Assembly (NCBI RefSeq): GCF_006345805.1
Contig: NW_021825876.1
Location: forward strand, 1-14,077
Length of the DNA stretch: 14,077 nucleotides
Direction of reading: 5' to 3'
Source of the DNA: Octopus sinensis
Taxonomy: Eukaryota
A program made the position numbers and the translations under genes. Below the pieces are notes generated by a model. It saw only the letters and a program-made list of their open reading frames with translations, ran no database searches and was not told the origin of the DNA. Shown one piece after another: positions 1-9,884 of this stretch (its first letter is position 1; every line of letters begins with the position of its first letter).

Positions 1-431
1 TAAAAACAATTCTCCCAATTAGTGAAATGTTGGAAGAACGCCATTCTAATTGAAATGTTGTAAAATGGCGAAAATATGTTGATCTGTAATGATAAATTGT
101 TAAATATTGGTTCTTAATCTGTTCAATAATAGTTACCAAATTAGTAAAATAGAAAATCAATAACTCTACATTGCGTAAGAAACGTAAATTTGTAAGGATA
201 GCCGTGTAATGACGGTGATGTAAACATGACGTAATGACGGTAAGAGTAATGATGGTATACAGACAGAGCAAAGGTGAGGCAATGAAAGAGAGCGGAGGAG
301 CGACCCAGGTTCATGACAAGTTATTTTCTCGACCTGGGATGAAAGAAATCAAAGTTAACCGTAATGGGATTTCAACCCAAAACGTAAAGAGCCGGATCAA
401 AACAACAAGGCATCTAATCCGATGCTTTAAC

Positions 432-609
432 GTTTCTGCTTATCATCCACTGTACGGAACCGATTTCAAGTTCGCTCTCACACCATGGCAGGTGTCTTTA
501 AGCAAGTGTCTTCTACCATAGTCCCGCAATCTCGCAACACTTTGGGTGAGTATCATCTAAAGTGGCTTACGACGAGAGACATTTCGTAAACGGAAACTGC
601 ATGGAAGCC
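432..609 (+). mobile_element. Degenerate 5'/central fragment of an octopus-type tRNA-derived SINE
   Basis: Blocks GCAAGTGTCTTCTACCATAG (502-521) and ATTTCGTAAACGGAAACTGCATGGAAGCC (581-609) resemble, from recall, the head region of an abundant octopus SINE (GCAAGTGTCTTCTACTATAG...GATTTGGTAGACGGAAACTGAAAGAAGCC). Ends are uncertain and no TSD is seen. Confidence 0.5.
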
Positions 610-1120
610 TACCTGTTCCCGTGTTGGAGTGATAAACTTAATCCGTTATCAAAAACATCACCCCTAACCCCTTTCCCATTTGTAGGTCTCACTTTGTCAG
701 AAACATTCGAACTACGCCCCTGCCCGAGAATATCTTTCTCTCTCCCTTTCACTAACCTTGGAGACGCTAGAAAGTGTTATGGGCGCTGCCCCTTCTCCTT
801 TCTTTCAGAAACAGAAACAAAAGAGAAAGTTAAGAAAGCTTTATAGAGCAGAATGATTAGTTCCAGTGATGTTCTCTTGTAGAAGACAAAGGGTGATCTA
901 TTTGGTGCCAGACGAAGAATTATAGGTTACAGTTGATTTCCTGCAACGGTAGACTTACTAAATGTCACACACCTCTCAATAGCCATTAACTAAAGCGAAA
1001 GAATGGTGCAATTCTTCTGAAAGAATGGAATTGCCCAAAATTTACCTCGAGGTAAAAACTGAAGATATGAAGAAAACAAAAAATATTTCTTAGAAAGTTT
1101 TTCCTCAAACAATAGAGAAG

Positions 1121-1149
1121 AACCGCTTACTCTCCTCTCTCCTCTCTCT

Positions 1150-1235
<86 letters not shown>
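1121..1235. repeat. Compound microsatellite (CT)n followed by perfect (AT)n
   Basis: Imperfect CT run ~1121-1161, then an uninterrupted AT run 1162-1235. Confidence 0.97.
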
Positions 1236-1237
<2 letters not shown>

Positions 1238-1673
1238 TTTTTTTTTAATTTCTCTTCCTCTCTAGTTTTCTCTTTTTCTCTCCCTTACCCTCATCGCCTT
1301 CCATCTATCATCCAAGAAACTGACTTCACCCCCACCCCCACCATCTTGTTTCTTCATCTGTCTGTTACGGCTATGGTTCAATTACAAACCGATGAGATAA
1401 GATGATTTATCGATTCAATCTCTCAGAAATATTATCGGATAATCTAACGAGTCATCATCGATTTTATGATGTCGTCGGGCAGCACAATATCCTACTCACA
1501 CATCGCTAAGTCTTCTTTCTCCTCTCCAAACCGTTTATGTTTTCTCTTCCCCACCCCCTCCACAGGGAATTCAACACATTCACCCAACAATACAAATCGC
1601 GATAAAATTTATCAGCCATTTTCTTCTCAGTTGCTGCAGCGGATATATTTGTGTTGTGACTTCTCAAATTATG

Positions 1674-1760
1674 ATGTTGTTGTTACTGTTGCTTTTGTTG
1701 TTGTTGCTGTGGCTTTTGTTATGTTATTGCTGCTGCAGATGCAGTTCTTGTTTTGTTTTG
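1674..1760. repeat. Degenerate (GTT/GCT)n low-complexity tract
   Basis: GTTGTTGTTACTGTTGCTTTTGTTGTTGTTGCTG...; this produces the V/A/L-rich tail of ORF 1466..1789. Confidence 0.75.
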
Positions 1761-2920
1761 TAATCTTCCAGTATCTTCATTCTTTGTGATAAATGCAAAA
1801 CCAATTGTTTTTCTGTACCATTTTTTTTTCTTTCTCTTCCAAAAAAAATTCTTCCTATTTCGCTAAAATACTCAATATCAAGACAACAGAAAGAATGAAC
1901 AATCTTTCACCGATTCTAAATCACGCCATAAGATCGCGGGCTTAGCTATGGTTTTCGAATTGTTTGTCAGATAAGCCATAAATCTAGATAATCACGCCGC
2001 TAACTCCTTCAGGTTACAACTTTCTTCTGCAGCAGACGACAGCCAGGCACATGTGGCCAACGAGAACTGTTCGGCTCTTTCTTTTCTTTCTTTCTTTCTG
2101 TCATTCTATCGTTTCTCTCTCTTCTCCAACTGAAGAAGAGCATCAAGGCAAAGAAAGATAAGTAACGACACCGTCAATAGAACTCTTTAGAACTACTTAG
2201 ATATCAGATGATTCGCCTTGGTCTCTCCATTCGCACCTTCTCTGTTTTTATCTGTGTATATATGTGAACACACATAACATATATACGTATGCATGCAAGC
2301 GTATATATATATATATAATGGTTAAAGAGGACAACAAACGTTCGTTAAGGCAAGGCAAACATCTCAAGTCATATACATCATTATTATTATTGGAAAAAAT
2401 TCAAAGTCTTACAGCTGTTTCTGGGATATCCCAGAGTATGGGATATTCCATCGTCAGAGTCAAATAGGGAAAATGAGAAAGATGTAGATTAATGAAATGA
2501 CGACAAAGAGGATAGGAGTAAAGGAATAAAGAGATGAAGGAGAGAGAGAATTAAAAAAAGCATAAAAGTTCACAGTTCAACTATCCGATGTTGTAGAAAA
2601 TAAGTCCCTAAGCCCTTAGGTGCAACTCTGCGTAGATCCATGTGAGTTAAAGTCCTGATATTGTAGACACCCAGAAAAAAATGAGAGCATGTCAACGTTC
2701 AATAACGAATCTTTTCCAAGAATAATAATATATTTGACTTGAGATGTTTGCCTTGCCTTAACGTTTCCTGTCCTCTTTAACAATTATATATCTGCTGCAT
2801 TGGAAATTTGCAATGGCTCCATAACTACCGTCTCGGCTACAACCATGGAGCCCTACCAATCCGTTACAGCACTTACCTAGCGTACCTAAACGTTTAAATC
2901 ACTTGTGAACTAAACCCCCA

Positions 2921-3178
2921 TATTTTGTATGTATGTATATGTTTGTGTGTGTGTGTCTTTGTGTCTATGTTTGTCGTTTTTACCCCATCACTGCTTCACG
3001 ACTAGAGTTGATGTGTTTATGTCCTAGTAACTTAGCGGTTCGGCAAAAGAATCCATTAGAATAATTACCAGGCTTTTGGAAAATGAGAATTGGGGTCGAT
3101 TTGTCCGACTGAAATTCTTCAATGCGGTGCCCCAGCAAAGCCGCAATCTGAAGACTGAAACAAATAAAAGAATAAAAG
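2921..3178 (+). mobile_element. 3' portion of an octopus-type SINE (internal AT/GT microsatellite plus 3' tail)
   Basis: A GT-rich SSR is followed by ...GTAACTTAGCGGTTCGGCAAAAGA...GGGGTCGATTTGTCCGACT...GCGGTGCCCCAGCA...GACTGAAACAAATAAAAGAATAAAAG. This matches my recollection of an octopus SINE 3' half ending in (TAAAAG[A])n. The 5' tRNA head is absent. Confidence 0.8.
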
Positions 3179-3204
3179 TATACAAGAATATGTTATGTAT
3201 TTCA

Positions 3205-3468
3205 CTCCCTCTCTTCCTCCTCTATCTGTCTCTCTCTCTCTCTTTCTCCCTCTCTCTCTCTCTCTCTTTCTTTCTCTCTCTCTTTCTCTTCTCTCTCTCT
3301 CTTTTTCTCTCTCTTTCTCTCTCTCTCTCTTCTCTCTCTCTCTTCTCTCTCTCTCTTTTTCTCTCTCTTTCTCTCTCTCCTTCTCTCTCTCTTTCTCTCT
3401 CTATTCTCTCTCTCTTTCTCTCTCGCTCTTCTCTCTCTCTCTCTCACTCTCTCTCTCACTCTTCCTCC
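3205..3468. repeat. Imperfect (CT)n polypyrimidine tract
   Basis: Direct reading; explains the S/L-rich and E/R-rich pseudo-ORFs. Confidence 0.97.
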
Positions 3469-3520
3469 ATTTTTTCTGAAGCCAAAAGTACGGATGCTGA
3501 AAAGTTCGTACTTTATACTA

Positions 3521-3708
3521 ACACACGCACACACACACACACACACCACACACACACAAGCACTCACATATACAGACACACACACATGCACTCACACATA
3601 CAGACACACACACATGCACTCACACATACAGACACACACACACATGCACTCACACACACACAGACATACAGACCCACACACACAATACACTCACACACAC
3701 GCACACAC
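3521..3708. repeat. (CA)n-derived tract containing a 28-30 bp higher-order tandem unit
   Basis: Units GCACTCACA(C/T)ATACAGACACACACACAT at 3560-3587, 3588-3615 and 3616-3645, with a partial unit from 3646. Confidence 0.95.
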
Positions 3709-4640
3709 TAATAAAGTATCAGCCGTTCTGATTCCAATCCACATGAGACAACCCATTAGTCTTTGATAAACACTTCTTCTTTTAATTAATCTAAATTAAA
3801 AACTTACATTAAAATTCTATGTTAATTTATGTTAATTTATGTTATAACACCAGTTTAAAATTATATAAATATTTCGCTAAACTCTCCATTATTTTCAACA
3901 TGAATTGCTTTTCAACGGAAATACTGTTACAACAGGGTGAGTGTTTCAAAGGAGCATACTAGTGCCAACAATGCACTCCGAGAAATAGTATATTTCAGTA
4001 AAACACACTGAAGGCTAAAGATAATAAGCAGACAAAAAACAAAGCCACTGTGTACATTACATCAGGGATTTATATTTTCTTTGATGCACAGGGCATAAAC
4101 TGTAGAATACACTGGCAGTTTTCACAAAACGTGCTGTCCCGAAGTTCTGGCCACTGACGATGCTTCTGCAGTGGTCTATCGATTAAGCCTACAACAAAAA
4201 TTAGTGGCAGACGCAGAGAGATTAACTTTTCATTATAATAAAGCTTGAGATTTCCCTTTAATTTTATGAATATATATAAATATAGAGAAAGAGAGAGAGA
4301 TAGGGAGGGAATTTTTGTATTTGTTTGCAAGATTTCTGATGTGAAATCGTATGTTAAAACAGATATTGTTATATTTCGGGATGGTCTTCCTTTTCATTTT
4401 TGCCAATTAAAAACACGTCCTATGTATTCGGTCTTCGCTTTAGCTTGGACTAAACAGGACAGGAGTAGACACCTGGAATGGAGAGTCGCTGAGGGGGTCA
4501 CATATGTGTGACGAAAGATTTCAAACAAAGGACGCTAGAATAAGAACAATTGTAAAACTGAAGGGAAGAGCGAATGTGTAGCCCGTTCCTGTATTCGGCA
4601 GAAAAAGAAACTAAAAAATGACCGTCCCAAAATATAACAC

Positions 4641-4660
4641 GTATATACATATATACATAC

Positions 4661-4694
<34 letters not shown>

Positions 4695-4707
4695 CAATAT
4701 ATATATA

Positions 4708-4742
<35 letters not shown>

Positions 4743-4748
4743 ATGTAT
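4641..4748. repeat. Compound (AT)n/(GT)n/(ATGT)n microsatellite
   Basis: Direct reading. Confidence 0.95.
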
Positions 4749-4870
4749 GAAGCTATGATTAAGTGTGTGTTACTGTGATGACACACTATGTTGTGGTGAC
4801 AGTAAAAGCTGACAGCAGGATAATCTCAATGAATAAGGCGAATATAAATTGACATTAAAAGTCACTGAAA

Positions 4871-4931
4871 ATATACATATATCACGACACACACACACCA
4901 CACATACACACACACACATATAGAATACATG

Positions 4932-4985
<54 letters not shown>

Positions 4986-5004
4986 CATACATTTATATAT
5001 ATAT

Positions 5005-5055
<51 letters not shown>

Positions 5056-5057
5056 TA
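4871..5057. repeat. Compound (CA)n/(AT)n microsatellite
   Basis: Direct reading. Confidence 0.95.
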
Positions 5058-5164
5058 TTCATGCGCACATATTCACTAACGCACAAGATGCAACTGACGT
5101 TGATGAGGGAGAGATTGCTTCTTATCTGAAGGTTTGTTTTCATATATACGTTATTGCTATAATG

Positions 5165-5586
5165 TAATATATTATACAATATGATATTATATGTTTATAG
5201 CGTGTGTGTGTGTATATATATATGTCATATATATATATATATATATATAGATATATATAATATATATACACATATATATATATATATATATAATTACACA
5301 TATATATAATATATATATACATATATATATATGTATATATATCTGATATATATTGCATATATATATATATATATAAACATATGTACATATACATATGCAG
5401 GTATATATCATAAACACACACACACATGCACACACATATATGTGTTATTGATATAACATATTATATCATACAATATATTATTATATATACATTTATGTGT
5501 ATATATATATATTCACACACACACGCACACACACAAACACACACACACATACATACACGTACATACACACACACACACACATATAT
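5165..5586. repeat. Imperfect (AT)n/(CA)n microsatellite block
   Basis: Direct reading. Confidence 0.95.
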
Positions 5587-5962
5587 TAAGTGCTTACTTT
5601 GCTCTGGGAAGTAATTCGTCATTTTGCAAAAATGACAACAACAAAATAAATAAATAAATAAATAAACTGAAATACATTTGAAGCAAAAAGATGCAATTGA
5701 AATGCAAAAATGCAAGGGAAAAGAAAGGAAAACAAAAACGAAAAAAAGAAAGACTAACAAAAATATGAAAGCGAAAAGAAGAATGAAACATGAAAACATT
5801 TTGGTTTTCTTGTTTGAAATAATTCCGCCATTTTGTAATATCGTTTTTTATTTGGTTCCGTTTGTTCGTTGTATGATTGGCGACATTGCTATCACGTTGT
5901 AACATAGAAAAACATGGCATATATATTGTCATACAACCCTTTTATTTCACATTATTCAAATG

Positions 5963-6113
5963 TCTTTCTTTCTCTCTCTCTGTCTCTGTTTTTAACCTCC
6001 GCCCCTCCACCCAACCTCTCTATTTACCTATCCCTATCTCTCACATACGTACACTATGTCTCAGGGACTTTTCCATGTCTCTATCTGTTCCTATATCTCT
6101 CTCCTTATTACTT

Positions 6114-6151
<38 letters not shown>

Positions 6152-6284
6152 GCTTTCTTTTCCCCTTATTGTATCTCTACTTCTTCCTTTACTTTTTGTC
6201 TTTCTTTCTCTCACAATTTCTACTTCTTTCTATGCCATACTATGTCTCTCATATTCCTCCATCTACCTTCTTGTTTTCTCCCCG

Positions 6285-6330
<46 letters not shown>

Positions 6331-6712
6331 TTTTCTCATTATAACTGGTTAGGGGGTTCTGTCTTACTGTGTCTCTCTTGCCTCTCCACCTTTTCCTTTG
6401 TCTCTATTCTCCTCTTAATGTGTCTCTCCATCCCCCCTCTCTCTCTCACTTTCTCATTATCAGTTTATTGTTCATTTCTCTCCTTTTCTCTCTCTCATTA
6501 TCTGTCTATCGCTCGTCCTCTTTCTGTCTCCTCTTTCACTCTTTCTCTCCTCTCTCCTTCCTCTCTCTTTCTTCTGTCTGTCTGTCTGTCTGTCTGTCTC
6601 GTCTCTCTCTCTCTCTCTCTCTCTATGTTTCTCACCCTGTCTCTCTGTCTCTATTTTTCTCTTTCTCTCTCTGTCTCTCTCTCTCTTTCTCCACACACAC
6701 TCTCTCTCTCTC
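5963..6712. repeat. ~750-bp CT-rich polypyrimidine region with (CT)n and (CTGT)n runs
   Basis: Direct reading; explains ORFs 5877..6344, 5914..6726, 6056..6352, 6369..6731 and 6472..6720. Confidence 0.93.
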
Positions 6713-7036
6713 CACCTCACTTATAGCATAAGGAACCCTACGTGACGCCGTAGTGCCACGTAGTGCGCACCCTAAATAACACTATAAACCCAGATTACAC
6801 ATTAAGTCTTTATCCACCCACCCAACCCACCCTACATCCTGTAAAGAAAAGCAGCCGCACCCTCACCCCCAACCCCGACAAGCCCCTACCCTATTCGCTT
6901 CTACCAAGTTCCACTTTGACCGTTTTGGCTAATCAATTAAATTGATTTCTGTCGCAACAAACCACGATGGAACACATCACATTCCACGTGAAAACGAAGC
7001 AGTTTAACACCTCAGTTTGTCGCCCAGCCTCTAGGC

Positions 7037-7255
7037 CCGTGCTTTTCAAACTTTTTGCTAGAGTGGAACCCCAAGGAAACATTCCACTGGCTCGAGGAAC
7101 CCCAGTGCAATAATTTAATAGTCTTATGCACACATATCTGCACAGGAGAATTAAAAATTACTGCCGATTTTAGCAATTTTGTAACTTCTTTCGGAACCCC
7201 TGGTCTGTACTGGCGGAACCCTAAGGTTCCGCGGAACCCTGGTTGAAAACCACTG
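7037..7255. mobile_element. Non-autonomous hAT-superfamily (Charlie-like) MITE, 219 bp
   Basis: Left end CCGTGCTTTTCAA (7037) and right end TTGAAAACCACTG (7255; reverse complement CAGTGGTTTTCAA) match at 11/13. There is an exact 8-bp TSD CTCTAGGC at 7029-7036 and 7256-7263, and repeated subterminal GGAACCC motifs. An 8-bp TSD with CAG-type TIRs is the established hAT signature. Confidence 0.92.
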
Positions 7256-7830
7256 CTCTAGGCAATCGTCTGACTTGTTAGAGAGAGCAACCAAATTTTC
7301 CCTTAAATAATTCCCTAACGCCTTAAAAAAATGAAGGACGTTGGAATCTGGTGCTCCCGGAGATATTATATCACTACAAATGACAGAATAGTCATAAGCG
7401 AAATGACTTTACAAGACCAGCCTAGGGTTAAACAAATACCAGAAGAATTTAGCTGCTAAAAACCAAGATGGCAAAAGAAAGAGGCGAGCAACGAATATTG
7501 GTGCGCTTCCATTTTTCTACAAGCATTTGACTATCTCAGATTAATATTTTCGTGCTTTACGAAGCTCAGAATAGGGAACAGAGTGGGTTGGGGTCTAAAC
7601 ATATGTTTTGGGATGTGATACAGTTCGCTAGTTTACGTAGATGTCGGTTAACTTTGAAATCTTCCAACGCTGCTTTTCGTGGAGGCGAGGCGTGGAGGGG
7701 TGGGGCAGGGCGATCGAGATTGTCACGTGATCGGAAAGTGACCTTCAGGAAACGCTGACACAATGCAATATCCTGTCATTTGTTAGCCTTCACTGGTTAT
7801 GGCCTGTCATCGATTTTTGATATATAACTG

Positions 7831-8028
7831 TGACGGAGGCGGTGGTGGTGGTTATGGTAGTGGTGGTGGGGGTAGGAATGATGATGATAATGACGACGGT
7901 GGTGATGACGACGATGATAATAGCGATCATGCTGATGACGATGTTAGGGTAGTGGTGGTAGGAGTGGTGACGGTGGTGGTAACGATTGTATTGTTAATGA
8001 TGATGGCGATAGCGTTGGTGAAGATGGT
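7831..8028. repeat. Degenerate trinucleotide tract (GGT/GAT/GAC)n
   Basis: Direct reading; produces the G/D/V runs in ORF 7799..8032. Confidence 0.88.
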
Positions 8029-8048
8029 ATAGATAGATACTTTACATC

Positions 8049-8204
8049 GTGTTTCCATTATACTGAGGGAAACAGTGAAGGAGGCATACCATGTGGTGGG
8101 TTTAATGGTATGGTCCATGCTATAGTCCTGTAGCATGGACCATGCCATTAAACCCACTAGGTAGCATACTCCCTTCACTATTTCCCTCAGTATAATGGAA
8201 GCAC
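8049..8204. repeat. Long inverted repeat (74-bp arms, 8-nt spacer)
   Basis: Arms 8049-8122 and 8131-8204 align without gaps. The outer ~33 bp and inner ~27 bp are near-perfect, and differences cluster in a central 14 bp and are almost all transitions. Confidence 0.97.
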
Positions 8205-8510
8205 ACTGCAAACCACAGCCTACAGACATGTCTCCTCAGAGTGACTTTTCTTATTTACCACAGGATGGAATTCCATGGATTATAATAAAACCTTCAAATG
8301 AAGTTCTTACTTTTCCTTACCATGTCTATTACATTACATTATTTTTTTATTTTTACCTATTTTACTCTCTCTTACCTTATTTACCCTATTCTATTATTCT
8401 AACTGATTTTCTCACATGTTAGTTTCCATGTTAGTACTCTCTGAAGAAGCCTTGAGGTTCAACCATTACCTAATCTCTGTCCAATGTTTGTTCATCCCTG
8501 TATATCAGAC

Positions 8511-8707
8511 GTGATGAGGATGACTTGGAAGATTCTGAGGCCTCATGGTAGAAACGGCCGTAAGTGATTTGTATTTGTACAGTCATCTGTTATTATTCAT
8601 TCATCTCTCTCTATATATATATCTGTTTAAGTATTTATTGGCTGATCTCATTCATTTACTTGTTCCACTTAAACAAATGTTTATTATCACTTAATAAATA
8701 GATATAA
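8511..8707 (+). repeat. Direct repeat copy 1 (197 bp), candidate Penelope pseudo-LTR-like unit
   Basis: Matches 9885-10077 with 4 transitions and 4 nt of dinucleotide slippage. It contains GAAACGGCCGTA and ends in AATAAATAGATATAA. The repeat is directly seen; the pLTR label is inference. Confidence 0.9.
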
Positions 8708-8917
8708 TGGAATGTTTACTAGCTGAAGTTTGTCGATTTTATATCCCCTGCATTTTCTTATTTGCCTGATAAATCCTGGGTAAATCCAGCATTCAACTGC
8801 AATATTGCCATGCAACAGTAAGCACTTGGTTAAGAATACATAGGTACACATTCAGTAGTATATTGGATATTTAATATCCCTTAGATGGTTTCTTAATCTC
8901 TAACTCATACAGACATA

Positions 8918-8918
<1 letters not shown>

Positions 8919-8980
<62 letters not shown>

Positions 8981-8984
8981 ATAT

Positions 8985-9039
<55 letters not shown>

Positions 9040-9045
9040 TATATA
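8919..9045. repeat. (ATCT)n followed by (AT)n
   Basis: ATCT run 8919-8978, AT run to ~9045. Confidence 0.97.
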
Positions 9046-9626
9046 GTAAAAGCAATTAAGATTCAAGTGAGTTCTGTTGAATTCACATGAATGCGGTACT
9101 TAACTTAGATGCACCAGAAATCTATATGGTATTAACCATAAGATAATGCGGGGTGATTATAAACAAGAAAAGCTACAAAAATGGATCAATATTTCGGTAC
9201 AATTGTTTCGTACGAAGACCACCTTTATTAAGGCTGCAAATATTGCAGCAAATACAAGTGACCCGTACTCATCAGCCGAAAAAACATCTGAGTTCTCAAA
9301 ACATCTAAGGGGGTGAGGCTACACTCCTGAAACATCAGGGATAGTTCTATAAAAATCAGATTTAGATAATAAACGGACTTATATATATAACACACTTCGT
9401 TTTTAACAAGCAAAAGTAGCCAGTTAGAAAATCTTTATATGAGAAGAAAGTAGTAGCTATACAAAGAAGTAATATTTTAATATTTGTCGCCACATCAATA
9501 TGGCTGTTCGACTTTTCCACTGTTTTTAACCCTAGGAAGAGCCAGCTGGTTATCGATGCAATCAGCACCATTTATACATTGCAAGCAGGGGAGCGTACCT
9601 CTACCATCCTCTAACAGATGACGGGA

Positions 9627-9675
9627 TCACCAGACAGAATGGTTTCGGACTATTTGTGTTCATCATCAGTGATGA
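9627..9675 (-). ncRNA. Candidate minimal type I hammerhead ribozyme
   Basis: The minus strand reads UCAUCA-CUGAUGA-UGAACACAAAUAGUCC-GAAA-C-CAUUCU-GUC-UGGUGA. The conserved core, a 6-bp stem I (one G.U) and a 2-bp stem III are present; stem II is weak. Confidence 0.6.
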
Positions 9676-9884
9676 ACAGCCGGTCGCTAGAAATAGCAGC
9701 AACTCGCTCCAGCTCGCAATATATAGAAAGCCAAGCGACAATCAGTCACTGATCTTGTAACAAGTAGCCATCTCGAGAACGGCATCAAGCAAAGAAATGG
9801 TATCTCTGCAAAGTTCTTCACTGTTTGTCTCGAAATAATCATCAGTGACTTCGATTAGAAAATGGCATCGACACAAACGATGAG

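Noticed and set aside
234-846. ORFs 234..521 and 562..846
   Set aside because: No recognisable domain, the second starts at a non-ATG codon, and both overlap a degenerate SINE fragment.
1008-1056. Small hairpin GCAATTC...GAATTGC and 16-bp palindrome TTTACCTCGAGGTAAA (1041-1056)
   Set aside because: Short isolated symmetry with no TSD or other supporting context.
4151-4174. CCACTGACGATGCTTCTGCAGTGG with CTGACGA core and short hairpin
   Set aside because: It is not followed by GAAA and is just a small imperfect hairpin.
4487-4522. CTGAGGGG-GTCACA-TATG-TGTGAC-GAAAG hammerhead-like arrangement
   Set aside because: It has a good stem II, but A9 is missing, no valid stem III/NUH forms and there is no stem I complement.
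3076-6731. Long ORFs (e.g. 3076..3711 211 aa, 5914..6726 270 aa, 5877..6344 155 aa)
   Set aside because: They are stop-free only because they read through (CT)n/(CA)n; the products are SL/HT/ER dipeptide runs with no domain.
8441-8481. CTGAAGA-AGCC-TTGA-GGTT hammerhead-like start just upstream of DR1
   Set aside because: There is no GAAA after stem II (it reads CAAC) and no stem I partner; at best an unrecognisable relic.
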